DNA of 64,000 nt from Terriglobia bacterium (GTDB taxonomy: Bacteria > Acidobacteriota > Polarisedimenticolia > Polarisedimenticolales > JAIQFR01): positions 1,344,001-1,408,000 of the forward strand of contig CAVVHE010000004.1 of NCBI GenBank assembly GCA_963748015.1, written 5' to 3'. Position numbers and translations under genes: made by a program. Shown here piece by piece: positions 11,592 through 22,603 of this stretch. Under the pieces are notes generated by a model. It worked only from the letters and a program-made list of their open reading frames with translations, ran no database searches and was not told where the DNA came from. Positions within the stretch are counted from its first letter, which is position 1, and each line of letters starts with the position of its first letter.

Positions 11592-11782
11592 CGTTTCCGT
11601 CCGCTCGCCCCTCAATCTAGTACCGCGTCCCTGAAATACCAATACGGAGGTCGCCGGCGACCCCGGGACGGGACGGCGACCCGCGGGGGCCGCGGGCGCA
11701 CGGAAGTTCCCGCTCGCGTTGTCCGCGCCCCGAGCCGTCTGATACCGTATCGGTCCTTTCGCCGAGGTGCGCCGGAGCCGCC

Positions 11783-12970
11783 GTGCAGTACAAGAACCTG
11801 TTCCGAAAGCTGGAGAAGACGCTCGCCGCCCTCGAGCGATCCGACGACATCCTGGGGACTCTCTCCGCGATCCTCGGGCGCCTCGTCACGGACTTCCAGG
11901 ACGACCTGGGAATCGTGGGAGGCAGGATCTACGTCCGCCACGACGGCTACTTCGTTCTCGAGAGCGAGTGCCCGGCGGGGAAGGCGCCGCTCGGCTTCCG
12001 AATCCCGGTCTCCTATCCGCCCATCGGGGAAATCCTCGATCGCGGCTTCGCCTTGAAGGAGATCAGCGATCCCGGCATCGACCGCGAGATCGAGCAGGCG
12101 ATCGGGGTCAGCGTCTTCGCCGCGATCCGCATCGGAGACAAGGGACGCCAGATCATGGCGTTCAGCCTCAAGCCGCCCGTCGAGGCGGAGCAGGTCGTCT
12201 ACACCCTCAACACGATCCGGCACGTCGTGAACCTCAAGGTGCGGCAGGAGCACCTCGAGGACCGCGTGGCGGAAGTGCGCGAGATCCAGCTCTCCCTCCT
12301 CCCCGCATCCTCTCCACAATTCGGCCCGTTCGACGTGCACGGCGCGTCGGTGCCCGCGGAGGAGGTCGGCGGCGACCTCTACGACTTCATCCCGGTCACG
12401 GCCCGCCGCCTGGGCATCGCGATCGCCGACTCGTCGGGACACGGCCTCCCCGCGGCCCTGCAGGCTCGCGACGCGATCATCGGCCTGAGGATGGGGGTGC
12501 AGGAGCATCTCCGGATCACCTCGACGATCGAGAGGCTGAACCGGGTCGTGAGCCACTCGGCGCTCGCGTCGAAGTTCATCTCGCTCTTCTACGGCGAGCT
12601 CGAGATGAACGGCACGCTCGTCTACTGCAACGCGGGGCAGACCCCGCCGCTCGTGCGGGTGGGCGGGAGCTTCGTCGAGCTGACCCGGGGCGGGACCGTG
12701 CTCGGCCCGAACCCCGACGCGCTCTACGAGCGCGGCTACGTGGACCTCCCGCAGGGGGCGGTATTCCTCGCCTACACCGACGGGATCACCGAGTCGTTGA
12801 ACGCGGCGGGAGAGGCGTTCGGGACGGACCGGCTGCGCGAGATCCTCGCGTCGCAACTCTGGCTCTCCGCCCGCGATCTGGTCGAGGAGGTCTTCGACAG
12901 GGTCCGGGCGTTCTCGATCGTGGACCCGCCCGTGGACGACCAGACGGTCGTGGCGATCGTCCGCCGCTGA
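11783..12970 (+). CDS. PP2C/SpoIIE-family (RsbU-like) phosphatase
   Basis: [27 protein letters not shown] and DDQTVV motifs. Confidence 0.9.
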   Translation: MQYKNLFRKLEKTLAALERSDDILGTLSAILGRLVTDFQDDLGIVGGRIYVRHDGYFVLESECPAGKAPLGFRIPVSYPPIGEILDRGFALKEISDPGIDREIEQAIGVSVFAAIRIGDKGRQIMAFSLKPPVEAEQVVYTLNTIRHVVNLKVRQEHLEDRVAEVREIQLSLLPASSPQFGPFDVHGASVPAEEVGGDLYDFIPVTARRLGIAIADSSGHGLPAALQARDAIIGLRMGVQEHLRITSTIERLNRVVSHSALASKFISLFYGELEMNGTLVYCNAGQTPPLVRVGGSFVELTRGGTVLGPNPDALYERGYVDLPQGAVFLAYTDGITESLNAAGEAFGTDRLREILASQLWLSARDLVEEVFDRVRAFSIVDPPVDDQTVVAIVRR

Positions 12971-12977
12971 CGCGCGC

Positions 12978-13700
12978 TCAGCGCTCGAGGAACCAGAACG
13001 CGACGCCGACGGCGGCGATCAGCAGTCCACTCGTCATTTCCATGTAGCGCGCCGCGCCGGGAGGCTCGAAGCGCCGGATGCCGGCGACGCCGGCGACCGA
13101 GAGACCGACCATGAGGGCGATCGTCGTGGCGCTGTACGCCACCGCGACGAGCGAGAGCACCCTGGCGCCGTGCTCCGCCGCCGCCAGCACGATCGGGAGG
13201 ACCAGAACGCACGGGTTGACACCCACGATCACCGCGAGGTACACCGCCCCCCGCCCCCCGACGCCCTCGATGAGCCGCCGGTCGGCGTGGTAGTGCAGGT
13301 GGCCCGGATCGCCGGGCCCCTCGCTGCCGTCGCAGCCCGGCCCCTCCTCCTCGCGGTGCAGCAACGAGCCGCCGGGATGGAAGTGCCCGCCCTTCTTCCA
13401 GGCCCAGCCCGCGTACACCAGCCCGAACACGATCAGGAGCCCGCCGCTGACCCGCTCGAGCGTCTCCCCCACGGCGGCCGTCGCCTCGCGCCCGATTCGC
13501 ACCGCGATCAGGCCGAGGAGAACGGACAGAGCGGTGTGGATCAGGGCCGACCCGCCGGAGATCGCGGCCGTCGTCCGCGCGCTCCAGCGGCGCGCGCGGC
13601 CGATCAGCACGAACGGGAGCCAGTGGTCGGGGATGAGCGTGTGGAACGCCGCGGTGGCGATCGCGGTCACGGTCAGGAGGTAGAACGGGGCATCGGCCAC
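12978..13700 (-). CDS. Membrane protein resembling Ni/Co transporter or UreH-like permeases
   Basis: HTLIPDHWLPF motif, His-rich loop, NPC motif, several TM helices. Confidence 0.65.
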   Translation of the reverse strand: MADAPFYLLTVTAIATAAFHTLIPDHWLPFVLIGRARRWSARTTAAISGGSALIHTALSVLLGLIAVRIGREATAAVGETLERVSGGLLIVFGLVYAGWAWKKGGHFHPGGSLLHREEEGPGCDGSEGPGDPGHLHYHADRRLIEGVGGRGAVYLAVIVGVNPCVLVLPIVLAAAEHGARVLSLVAVAYSATTIALMVGLSVAGVAGIRRFEPPGAARYMEMTSGLLIAAVGVAFWFLER

Positions 13701-13737
13701 GGGGATGTCTCGCTCCTTTCCGGAGAGCGCCGGGATT

Positions 13738-15069
13738 CTAGCACCGGGGGAGCTTCTCCATGAGCGCGGCGGCGCGCTCGCCGGACGCGGCCGCCCCTTC
13801 CAGCGTGGCGGGCAGGCCCGTGTCGGTCCAGTCGCCGGCGAGGAAGAGGTTGGGCACCGCCGTCTCCGCGTCGGGCCTCAGGGCGAGGTTCCCGGGAGTG
13901 AATCTCGCGGTCGCGTCACGCTCCTTCACGACGCGCGACCGGACGAGCACGGCGCCCCGGCTGCGCGGGAGGAACCGACGGACCTCCGCGGCCGCAACCC
14001 CGGCGATCTCCTCCCTCCCCCGCTCGATCCAATCGTCCGCGGCGCTGCGGACGAGCGCGAGGTAGCCGGGCGGACGGGCCCCCCCGAGCCGCCCGCGGTC
14101 GAACACCCAGTGCACGGGGGAGTCGAGAAGTCCGGCCATCGGGCGGTCGGCGACCTCGCGGTCGAACCAGAGGTGGACGCCGACGATCGGCGACGCGCCG
14201 AGCGCTCGCGCGCGCTCGGGCGTTACCGAGCTCGCCGCGGGAGGCAGGAGCGCCGCCGCGGCCCGGGGCGGGACGGCGAGCACCGCGGCCCCCGCCTCGT
14301 GACGGCTCCCGTCCCGGCACACCGCCGCCCTGAACCGGCCGCGGCCATCGGCCTCGAGCCTCTCCACCGGACTTCCCACGAGGATCTCGCTCCCCCTCTC
14401 CCCGAGATATCGCGCGGCGGGGACGGCGACGACGTCGTCGAGGCCGCGCGACGGGAAGCCGATGCGGGCGGCGTCCGGCCCGCCGAGCAGCGCCCGGCGC
14501 AGGACCTCCACGAGAAGGGTCGCGGGCGCGGTCTCGGGATCGAGGTTGAGCGCCGCGAGGGCGAGCGGGTCCCAGAGCAGCGCGCGCCCGGCCGGGGATA
14601 CGCCGACCGCGGCCAGCCAGGAGGCGACCGTGAGACCGTTCGCCCGGGGCGCTCCGGCGCGCACGTCGCGCACCAGGGCCCCCGCCGCCGCGACGTCCCG
14701 GAACGAGAAGCCCTTGAGGCGCGAAAGGCCCGCGAGGAAGTCGAGCGGGGGCGGCAGCGCGGCGGGACGGAAGACCGAGGCATCTCCCCCCGGGTGCAAC
14801 ATCGCCACCTCGAGCCGGGGCGCGAACGCCACCGCATCGAGACCGCCCGTCCGCTTCGCGAACCGCAGGAAGCTCTCGTAGCACCCCATCAGGAGGTGCT
14901 GGCCGTTGTCCTCGACGTCTCCGGTCGCCGCATTCGCGAACGAGCGCGCCCTGCCCCCCAAGGAGCGCGTCGCCTCGAGGACGCGCACCGTGGCGCCGGC
15001 GGCGGCGAGTGCGACCGCCGCCGAGAGACCGGCGCACCCCGCGCCGACGACGACGGCGTCCGGCGTCAA
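13738..15069 (-). CDS. hpnE: Hydroxysqualene dehydroxylase
   Basis: VVVGAGCAGLSAA, GGRARSF, DNGQHLLMGCY, LAGDWTDTGLPATLEGA; the TTG start overlaps the hpnD stop. Confidence 0.9.
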   Translation of the reverse strand: MTPDAVVVGAGCAGLSAAVALAAAGATVRVLEATRSLGGRARSFANAATGDVEDNGQHLLMGCYESFLRFAKRTGGLDAVAFAPRLEVAMLHPGGDASVFRPAALPPPLDFLAGLSRLKGFSFRDVAAAGALVRDVRAGAPRANGLTVASWLAAVGVSPAGRALLWDPLALAALNLDPETAPATLLVEVLRRALLGGPDAARIGFPSRGLDDVVAVPAARYLGERGSEILVGSPVERLEADGRGRFRAAVCRDGSRHEAGAAVLAVPPRAAAALLPPAASSVTPERARALGASPIVGVHLWFDREVADRPMAGLLDSPVHWVFDRGRLGGARPPGYLALVRSAADDWIERGREEIAGVAAAEVRRFLPRSRGAVLVRSRVVKERDATARFTPGNLALRPDAETAVPNLFLAGDWTDTGLPATLEGAAASGERAAALMEKLPRC

Positions 15070-15929
15070 GAGCCTCGCCCCAGCCGGTCGCGAGCCAGGA
15101 GTCCGAGGGCGATCAGGCCGCGCCGGGCCGTGCCGACCCGGAGCTTCCGGTCGAGCACGCCGCTCCCCGCGCGCTCGACCTTCTCGAGGAGAACGCGGTA
15201 CACGGCCGCCATGATGCGCCCGGGGAGGAGCCGGCGCCGCTCGGACGCGGGGAGAAGCGCCCGCGCCGCGTCGAAGCGCCCGCGGGCGAACGCCGCCTCC
15301 TCGCGGATCAGCCCGTCGAGACGCAGCCTGGCCTCCCCATCGGGCCCGGCGAGGTCCGCTTCCGTCAGCCGGTGCCGGCGCAGGGCGTCGGCCGTCAGGT
15401 AGACCCGGCCTCGCGCGAGGTCCTCGCCGACATCGCGGAGGATGTTCGTCCACTGCAGCGCGATGCCGAGCTCCTCGGCATAGGCGTCCACGCGCGGGTC
15501 CTCGCAGCCGAAGACGCGCACCGAAAGCAGTCCGACGCTCGAGGCGACCCGGTAGCAGTACGCCCTGAGCTCCGGAGCGCTCGCGTAGCGGCGGTTCTCG
15601 AGATCCCAGCTCACGCCCTCGAGGAGATCGTCGAACGGCCTGCGCGGCAGGCGGAACGTCGCGACGGCACGGGAGAGGCGTGCGGCCTCCGCGCCGCCCT
15701 CGGACCCCGCGAACGCGCGATCGAGCTCCGCGCGGACTCGAGCGAGCGCGGCGCGCGCCTCCTCCGGACCGGGCGCCTCGTCGACGGCGTCGTCCGCCCG
15801 CCGGCAGAAGTCGTAGACGGCGAGGATCCCCTCCCGCCTCTCCGGCGGGAGGACGCGAAAGGCGACCCGGAAGTGGCTGACGGGGTGGTGCGCCCCGGTC
15901 GCCTGCGCCGGGCTCGCGGGCGCGCTCAC
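15066..15929 (-). CDS. hpnD: Presqualene diphosphate synthase
   Basis: YDFCRRADDAVD, YCYRVAS, LGIALQWTNILRDVGED; lies between hpnC and hpnE. Confidence 0.88.
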   Translation of the reverse strand: MSAPASPAQATGAHHPVSHFRVAFRVLPPERREGILAVYDFCRRADDAVDEAPGPEEARAALARVRAELDRAFAGSEGGAEAARLSRAVATFRLPRRPFDDLLEGVSWDLENRRYASAPELRAYCYRVASSVGLLSVRVFGCEDPRVDAYAEELGIALQWTNILRDVGEDLARGRVYLTADALRRHRLTEADLAGPDGEARLRLDGLIREEAAFARGRFDAARALLPASERRRLLPGRIMAAVYRVLLEKVERAGSGVLDRKLRVGTARRGLIALGLLARDRLGRGS

Positions 15930-16813
15930 GGCGCTCCCCAGCGCCCCAGCAGCGCCTTGGCGCCGAGCAACGCCTTGTCGCCGCGGGTCAGGGCGGGGCG
16001 GGCCCGGAACACGTCGCACCCTGCCCCCTCGATCCGGTCGAGAATGCGGTTACCGCCCAGCCACGTCAGCCGGATCTCGAGCCCAAGGCGGCCGTGGAGC
16101 TTCCCGAGCAAGGGCCGTCCCTCCTCGAAGCACCTCCTCGTCCTCCCGATCATCTCGAGGAGCAGCGCGCGGAAGCCCTCGTGGAGCCGCCCCGAGCGGA
16201 GGTCCTCCTCGGTGACGCCGAAGCGCTGGCGGTCCTCGGCCGGTAGATAGATCCGGTCCTTGCGGAGGTCCACCGAGACGTCCTGCCAGAAGTTGGTGAG
16301 CTGCAATCCCGTGCAGATCGCGTCGGAGAAGCGCGCGCGCGCGTCGTCGGCAAGGCCGAACAGCCCGAGGACCAGCCGGCCGACCGGGTTCGCGGACCGC
16401 CGGCAGTAATCCAGCAGCTCGTCCCAGCTCCCGTACCGCCGCACGCGGCAGTCCTGGCGGAACGCGTCCAGGAGGTCCCGGAACAGCGCGGGGGGGAGGT
16501 CGAACGTCGCGATCGTCTCTCCCAGCGCCATGAACACCGGGTGGTCGGCCTTCCCCTCGAGGCAGCGGTCGAGATGCGCCTCCCAGCGTCCCAGCTGCTC
16601 GAGGCGCCTCCCGTCGTGCGCCGCCTCGTCGGCGAAGTCGTCGGCCGCTCGCGCGAAGGCGTAGATCGAGCAGACGTGGGGTCGCAGGCGGCGCGGGATG
16701 GCGAGGGACGCGATCGGGAAATTCTCGTAGTGCGCGCGCGCGACCGCGGCGCAGTACGCGTAGGCCTCCTCGCGGGTCCAGCGAGCGGGCTCTCCCGACG
16801 GGGCCTTGCTCAT
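15926..16813 (-). CDS. hpnC: Squalene synthase HpnC
   Basis: HYENFPIAS, ADDFADE, YCRRSANPVGRLVL, LQLTNFWQDV. Confidence 0.93.
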   Translation of the reverse strand: MSKAPSGEPARWTREEAYAYCAAVARAHYENFPIASLAIPRRLRPHVCSIYAFARAADDFADEAAHDGRRLEQLGRWEAHLDRCLEGKADHPVFMALGETIATFDLPPALFRDLLDAFRQDCRVRRYGSWDELLDYCRRSANPVGRLVLGLFGLADDARARFSDAICTGLQLTNFWQDVSVDLRKDRIYLPAEDRQRFGVTEEDLRSGRLHEGFRALLLEMIGRTRRCFEEGRPLLGKLHGRLGLEIRLTWLGGNRILDRIEGAGCDVFRARPALTRGDKALLGAKALLGRWGAP

Positions 16814-16815
16814 GC

Positions 16816-18384
16816 CTATCGGGCGTACTCGACGGCGCGTACCTCCCGGATCACGGTCACCTTGATCTTGCCGGGATAGTCCATCTCGGACTCGATGCGC
16901 GCGGCCAGGTCGGACGCGAGGAGGTCCACCTTCGCGTCGTCCAGCTCGTCCGAGCGGGCGATCACCCGGATCTCCCGTCCGGCCTGGATGGCGTAGGACT
17001 GCTCCACCCCCGGCATGGAGTTGGCGAGCCCTTCGAGGCGCTCGATGCGCTTGATGTACTCGGCGACGCTCTTCCGCCGCGCTCCCGGACGCGCTCCCGA
17101 GAGGGAGTCGGCCGCGGAGACGAGGACGGAGATCGGCGAGATGACCTCGCAATCCTCGTGGTGGGAGGCGATGGCGTTGATCACCACCTCGGGCTCGCCG
17201 TACTTCTTGGCGACCTCGGCCCCGATCTCGGGGTGGGTCCCCTCGCGCTCGTAGTCGATCGCCTTGCCGATGTCGTGGAACAACCCCGCCCGCCGGGCCA
17301 GCTTCTCGTCCAGGCGCAGCTCCGCGGCCATCATCCCGGTGAGGATGGAGACTTCCTTGGCGTGGAGGAGCACGTTCTGGCCGTACGAGGTCCGGTACGT
17401 GAGCCGTCCCAGGAGCTTCACCATCTCCGGGTGCACGTCGCGGATCCCGAGCTCCTTCAGGCTCTGCTCCCCCGCCCGCCGCATCTCTTCGTCGAGTCGC
17501 CGCCGGTTGCGGCGGACCAGGTCCTCGATCCGGCGCGGGTGGATGTTGCCGTCCTTGATCAGCGCCTCGAGCACGCGCCGCGCGACCTCGCGCCGCACCG
17601 GGTTGAACCCGGACAGCGTCACCGTGCTCGCGTCCTCGTCGATGAGGAGCTGGATCCCCGTCGCGCTCTCGAAGGCGCGGATGTTCTTCCCCTCGTGCCC
17701 GATGATCCTCCCCTTGAGCTGGCTTCCCTCGGGGAGCGGGAACTGCGTGACCGTGCGCTCCGCGGAGAAATCCGAGGCCGCGCGCTCGACGGCCAGGGCG
17801 ATGATCTTCACCGCCTCGGCGTCGGCGGTGCGCTGCGCCTCGTCCTTGATCTCCTTGATCAGCGACGCGGCCTCGTAGCGGGCCTCGACCTTGAGGTTCG
17901 CGAGCAGCTGCCGCTTCGCCTCGTCCCGGGTCATGGCGGAGATGCGCTCGAGCTCGAGGAACTCCTCCTGCAGGAGGCGCTCGACTTCCTCGCGCGCCTT
18001 TCCAAGCTCCTCGTCCTTCGCCGCCAGCGCGGTCTCGCGCTCCTGGAGGACCTCGCGCTGCCGTCCGATGTCCACCTCCAGGTCCTGGACCGCTTGCCGC
18101 TGCGTCTTCACGTCTCGCTCGCGCTTCAGCAGCTGGCCCTTGCGCGAGCGGAGATCGTTGTCCGCCTTGTTCCGCTGGCGGAAGATCTCCTCCCTCGCCT
18201 CCACGAGGGCGGTCCTCTTCGATTTCTCCGCCTCCCGGCGGGCGTTGTGGAGGATCTCCTCCGAGCGCCGGCGCACCGCCTCGAGGCTGTTCCGTCCGAG
18301 GCGGTTGTTGATCCACCAGCCGAGCGCTCCTCCGGCCGCGAGGGCCGCCGGCACCGAGACGAGCACGAGGGCGAGACTGCTCAT
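16816..18384 (-). CDS. rny: Ribonuclease Y
   Basis: N-terminal TM helix, coiled coil, KH domain (KGRIIGHEGKNIRAFE), HD domain (RTSYGQN..FHDIGK), YAIQAGREIRV. Confidence 0.96.
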   Translation of the reverse strand: MSSLALVLVSVPAALAAGGALGWWINNRLGRNSLEAVRRRSEEILHNARREAEKSKRTALVEAREEIFRQRNKADNDLRSRKGQLLKRERDVKTQRQAVQDLEVDIGRQREVLQERETALAAKDEELGKAREEVERLLQEEFLELERISAMTRDEAKRQLLANLKVEARYEAASLIKEIKDEAQRTADAEAVKIIALAVERAASDFSAERTVTQFPLPEGSQLKGRIIGHEGKNIRAFESATGIQLLIDEDASTVTLSGFNPVRREVARRVLEALIKDGNIHPRRIEDLVRRNRRRLDEEMRRAGEQSLKELGIRDVHPEMVKLLGRLTYRTSYGQNVLLHAKEVSILTGMMAAELRLDEKLARRAGLFHDIGKAIDYEREGTHPEIGAEVAKKYGEPEVVINAIASHHEDCEVISPISVLVSAADSLSGARPGARRKSVAEYIKRIERLEGLANSMPGVEQSYAIQAGREIRVIARSDELDDAKVDLLASDLAARIESEMDYPGKIKVTVIREVRAVEYAR

Positions 18385-19049
18385 GGACGCTCCTCCGCAC
18401 GCTCCCCCACGGCCGCGTCCGAGACGAACGGGTTCGTGAGGCGCTCGTGCCCGAGCGTGGTTTCCGGGCCGTGGCCCGGGTAGCAGACGGTGTCCGCGGG
18501 AAGCCGGAACAGCTTTCCGCGAATGGAGGCGACCAGGTCGGGCCACGACCCGCCCGGGAGATCGGTTCGGCCCACCGATCCGCGGAAGAGGGTGTCGCCG
18601 ACGATCATGCGGCCCCCGAACTTGAGACACGTGCCTCCCGGCGTGTGGCCGGGGGTGTGGATCACGTCGATCGAGATGCCGTCGAACCGCAGGGACTGGC
18701 CCTCCTCGAGGGGCAGGTCCGGCTCGGGGGAGGGGTCCACTTCGAACCCGTAGGCGCTCCCCTGCGCGTCGAGGCGCTTCAGGAACGGCGTGTCGGCCGG
18801 GTGGATCGCGAGGGGCGCGCCGGTGCGCTCCTTGACGAGCCGGTTCCCCGCGGCGTGATCGAGGTGGCCGTGGGTGTTCACGATGAGGTCGAGGGTGAGC
18901 CCGCGCCGCTCGAGGAAACCCAGAGCCTCCTCGACGTCGAACCCCGGATCGAAGATCGCGGCGCGCCGCTTCGACGGCCCGACGAGCACGTAGGCGTTCT
19001 GCTCGAAGGGGCCGAGCTCGAACCGGACGAGTTCAAGGTCCTCGATCAT
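18381..19049 (-). CDS. MBL-fold metallo-hydrolase (glyoxalase II-like)
   Basis: THGHLDH, HTPGHTPG, GDTLF..GRTDL, PGHG. Confidence 0.92.
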   Translation of the reverse strand: MIEDLELVRFELGPFEQNAYVLVGPSKRRAAIFDPGFDVEEALGFLERRGLTLDLIVNTHGHLDHAAGNRLVKERTGAPLAIHPADTPFLKRLDAQGSAYGFEVDPSPEPDLPLEEGQSLRFDGISIDVIHTPGHTPGGTCLKFGGRMIVGDTLFRGSVGRTDLPGGSWPDLVASIRGKLFRLPADTVCYPGHGPETTLGHERLTNPFVSDAAVGERAEERP

Positions 19050-19109
19050 GAGGCGCTCCGCGACATGGTGGGTATGATCCGACAAAAGCCGGGATCGGGC
19101 AAACGCCGG

Positions 19110-20918
19110 TCAGCGGCGCCGCTGGACCGCGGGCAGGACCCTCTTGCGCAGGCGGAACGCCTTGGGCGTGACTTCCACGAGCTCGTCCTCCCGGACGAAC
19201 TCGAGGGCCTGCTCGAGGCTCAGCGAGCGGGGCGGCACGAGGCGGATGGTCCGCTCGGACACGGACGCCCTCATGTTGGTCAGCTTCTTCTCCTTGGTGA
19301 TGTTGACGTCGATGTCGGCGGCGCGGGAGTTCTCGCCGACGACCATCCCCTCGTAGACCTGGTCTCCCGGCGCGACGAACATGGTGCCGCGGTCCTGGAG
19401 GTGCTCCACCGCGTACGCGGTGCACCGCCCGGGGCGGTCGGAGACCAAGGCACCCGTGGTCCGGTGGGGGATCTCCCCCTGCCAGGGTGCGTACCCGTCG
19501 AACAGGTGATTCATGATGCCGGTGCCGCGGGTATCGGTGAGGAATTCGGTCCGGAAGCCGATGAGGCCCCGCGAGGGGATCGTGAACTCCATCCGGACCC
19601 GTCCGGTGCCGTGGTTCACCATCTTCGTCATGCGGCCCTTGCGGATCCCCGTCTTCTGCGTCACGGCGCCCACGAACGTCTCGGGACAGTCCACGACCAG
19701 GATCTCCATCGGCTCGTGGCGCTGCCCGTCGATCTCCCGTGTCAGGATCTCCGGCCGGCCGGCGCCGAGCTCGTACCCTTCGCGCCGCATCATCTCGATG
19801 AGGATGGCGAGCTGCAGCTCCCCCCGTCCCGAGACCTTGAACGCGTCGGGAGTGTCGGTCTCCTCCACCCGGATCGAGACGTTCGACAGGATCTCCTTGA
19901 ACAGGCGCTCGCGGAGCTTCCGCGCGGTGACGTACTGCCCCTCGAGGCCGGCGAGCGGGGAATCGTTGACGCGGATCTCGATCGCGATGGTCGGCTCGTC
20001 CACCTGGATCGGGGGGAGCGGCACCGGCCGCTCGAGGTCCGAGATCGTCTCGCCGATGTTGATGGACTCGATCCCGGTGAGGGCGACGATGTCGCCGGGG
20101 CCCGCCGAGGGGAGCTCGATGCGCCGGAGCCCCTCGTAGCCGTAGATCCCCGCGATCTCGGCCTGCACGATGCTCCCGTCGCGACGGCAGTGCGAGACCG
20201 TCTGCCTCTTCCGGACCTCGCCCGAGACGATCCGTCCGACCGCGAGGCGGCCGATATAGTCGTCGTAGTCGAGGTTCGTGATCAGGAACTGCAGCGGCAT
20301 GTCGGGATCGTGGACCGGAGCGGGGATCGAGCGGAGGATCTCGTCGAACAGCGGCGCGAGCGGCTCGTCCGGCCCGTCCACCGTCCGCCGGCAGATTCCC
20401 TTCCTCGCGTTGCAGTACAGGACGGGGAACCCGAGCTGGTCCTCCCTCGCGTCGAGGTCGATGAACAGGTCGTAGACCTCGTTCAGGACTTCCTTGGGCC
20501 TCGCGTCCTGGCGGTCGATCTTGTTGATGACGACGATCGGCTGGAGCCCGCTCTCGAGCGCCTTCCGGAGCACGAACCGCGTCTGCGGGAGCGGCCCCTC
20601 GCAGGCGTCCACGAGGAGCAGCACGCCGTCCACCATCTTCATCGTCCGCTCGACCTCGCCGCCGAAGTCGGCGTGGCCGGGGGTGTCCACGATGTTGATC
20701 CTCGTCCCGCGGTAGAGGACCGAGGTGTTCTTCGCCATGATGGTGATGCCCTTCTCCCGCTCGAGGTCGATCGAGTCCATGACCCGCTCGACGACGTACT
20801 CCTTCTCGCGGAAGATCCCGCTCTGCCACAGCATCGAGTCCACCAGCGTGGTCTTGCCGTGGTCCACGTGCGCGATGATCGCCAGGTTGCGGATGTCGTC
20901 CCTCGTTGCGAAACCCAT
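19110..20918 (-). CDS. typA: Translational GTPase TypA/BipA
   Basis: [48 protein letters not shown]. Confidence 0.97.
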   Translation of the reverse strand: MGFATRDDIRNLAIIAHVDHGKTTLVDSMLWQSGIFREKEYVVERVMDSIDLEREKGITIMAKNTSVLYRGTRINIVDTPGHADFGGEVERTMKMVDGVLLLVDACEGPLPQTRFVLRKALESGLQPIVVINKIDRQDARPKEVLNEVYDLFIDLDAREDQLGFPVLYCNARKGICRRTVDGPDEPLAPLFDEILRSIPAPVHDPDMPLQFLITNLDYDDYIGRLAVGRIVSGEVRKRQTVSHCRRDGSIVQAEIAGIYGYEGLRRIELPSAGPGDIVALTGIESINIGETISDLERPVPLPPIQVDEPTIAIEIRVNDSPLAGLEGQYVTARKLRERLFKEILSNVSIRVEETDTPDAFKVSGRGELQLAILIEMMRREGYELGAGRPEILTREIDGQRHEPMEILVVDCPETFVGAVTQKTGIRKGRMTKMVNHGTGRVRMEFTIPSRGLIGFRTEFLTDTRGTGIMNHLFDGYAPWQGEIPHRTTGALVSDRPGRCTAYAVEHLQDRGTMFVAPGDQVYEGMVVGENSRAADIDVNITKEKKLTNMRASVSERTIRLVPPRSLSLEQALEFVREDELVEVTPKAFRLRKRVLPAVQRRR

Positions 20919-21013
20919 GGCACACTCCCCCGGTAGGCGGGTGAAGAAAAAAGGCCGGAAGCGCCGCTCCCGACCTCCGCGCATGATAGCACACGACGGG
21001 GAGGCGCCCCGTT

Positions 21014-21607
21014 CTACTTCTTCAGTGCAGGCTTCCCGAAGAGCGGCAGGAACTCCCCGAACCCTTCCTTCTCGAGCTCCTCGACCGGAATGAACTTGAG
21101 CGCGGCCGAGTTGATGCAGTAGCGGAGTCCCGTCGGAGCCGGGCCGTCGTCGAACACGTGGCCGAGGTGGGAGTCCGCGTTCCCGGACCTCACCTCGGTG
21201 CGGGGCATCCCGAGCGTCGTGTCGCGCTTCTCGACGAGCTTGGCTCCGCGCACCGGCTTGGTGAAGCTCGGCCATCCGGACCCGGAGTCGAACTTGTCCT
21301 CCGAGCTGAAGAGCGGCTCCCCGCTCACCACGTCCACGTACAGCCCGCGGCGGTGCTCGTTCCAGTAGGCGTTGCGGAACGGCGGCTCGGTGCCGCACTC
21401 CTGGGTGACCTTGTATTGCATCGCCGTGAGGCGCGCCTTCAGCACCTCGGCGTCCTTCTTGACGTCGTCGCTCACCGGGGTCTCCTTCCCGTCATTCGAG
21501 GCGGCCTCCGCGTCGCGCGCGGGCTGGACCGCGAGCAGCACGGCCGCTCCCGCCAGCAGCGCGACGCACGCCGCGACCAGGAAGATTCGAGCCCTCGACG
21601 AAATCAT
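21014..21607 (-). CDS. msrB: Exported peptide-methionine (R)-S-oxide reductase
   Basis: Signal peptide; [36 protein letters not shown]. Confidence 0.95.
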   Translation of the reverse strand: MISSRARIFLVAACVALLAGAAVLLAVQPARDAEAASNDGKETPVSDDVKKDAEVLKARLTAMQYKVTQECGTEPPFRNAYWNEHRRGLYVDVVSGEPLFSSEDKFDSGSGWPSFTKPVRGAKLVEKRDTTLGMPRTEVRSGNADSHLGHVFDDGPAPTGLRYCINSAALKFIPVEELEKEGFGEFLPLFGKPALKK

Positions 21608-21758
21608 GGCTTCGGCCCCTCCCCGCCCCCGCGGTCCTGCTCGACGAGGATAACCCGCCCCGGCGGCGGCCGCCCGCGGGGCGCTTGTCCCCCGCGCCCG
21701 TGGGTGCCAGAATGCCCTTTTCCCGCGCCGTCCCGGCGCCTCCCCGGAGGATCGCAAC

Positions 21759-22577
21759 GTGCCCGAACAGGACGACGACGCGACGCTCGACAGGATCTAC
21801 GACGCGCTCGACGGCGAGGACTTCGAGGAGGCGCTCGGCCTGATCGGCGAGGCGATCGAGGCGCTTCCCGAGGGCCAGGACGATCCGGTCCTGCGCCTCC
21901 TCGCGGGATCGACCCTGCTCGAGATGGACCAGGCGGAGGAGGCCGCGGAGCAGCTCGCGCTGGCGGTCGGCATGGACCCCGAGGACGCGGAGGCCCGCTC
22001 GACCCTGGCCCTGGCCCTCTTCCGCTGCACGCGCTTCGAAGAGGCGCGGGAACACGCGCGGAAGGCGCTCGAGGCCGACCCGAAAAGCCCGGACGCCCTC
22101 TACGTGCACGCGATGCTCCTCGAGCGCGAGGGCAAGACCGCCGACGCGAACCGTCACTTCGAGCGGGCCGCGCGACTCGACCCGGAGCGGTATCCCGCGC
22201 CCGTCCGGTTCGACCGGAAGACGTTCGAGGGCGAGGTGGCGCGGGCCGGCGAGATGCTGCCGATGGAGTTCCGGCGGCACCTCGAGGAGGTCGCCGTCCT
22301 GGTCGAGGACCTCCCCTCCGACGCGATCCTCCTCGACGAGAAGCCGCCTCTCGACCCGGAGCTCCTGGGACTGTTCGTCGGGACGGCGCTCCCCGAGAGG
22401 AGCTTCTCGGGAGCGTCCGCCGCGCCTCCGCGGATCCTCCTCTTCCAGCGCAACCTCGAGCGGTTCGTCCAGGACGAGGAAACGCTGCGGGAGGAGATCG
22501 CGAAGACGCTCCACCACGAGCTGGGTCACTACCTCGGCATGGACGAGGAGGGGCTCGAGCGGATCGACCTGGCCTGA
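21759..22577 (+). CDS. TPR protein with a C-terminal zincin-like metallopeptidase domain
   Basis: TPR repeats; [26 protein letters not shown]. Confidence 0.85.
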   Translation: MPEQDDDATLDRIYDALDGEDFEEALGLIGEAIEALPEGQDDPVLRLLAGSTLLEMDQAEEAAEQLALAVGMDPEDAEARSTLALALFRCTRFEEAREHARKALEADPKSPDALYVHAMLLEREGKTADANRHFERAARLDPERYPAPVRFDRKTFEGEVARAGEMLPMEFRRHLEEVAVLVEDLPSDAILLDEKPPLDPELLGLFVGTALPERSFSGASAAPPRILLFQRNLERFVQDEETLREEIAKTLHHELGHYLGMDEEGLERIDLA

Positions 22578-22603
22578 CGACGCGAAGCGCCGGAACGCGA
22601 CGG

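Noticed and set aside
21014..21607. Selenocysteine-containing MsrB, given the presence of selC
   Set aside because: The catalytic residue is an ordinary Cys (RYCINS); I saw no in-frame TGA selenoprotein in the window.
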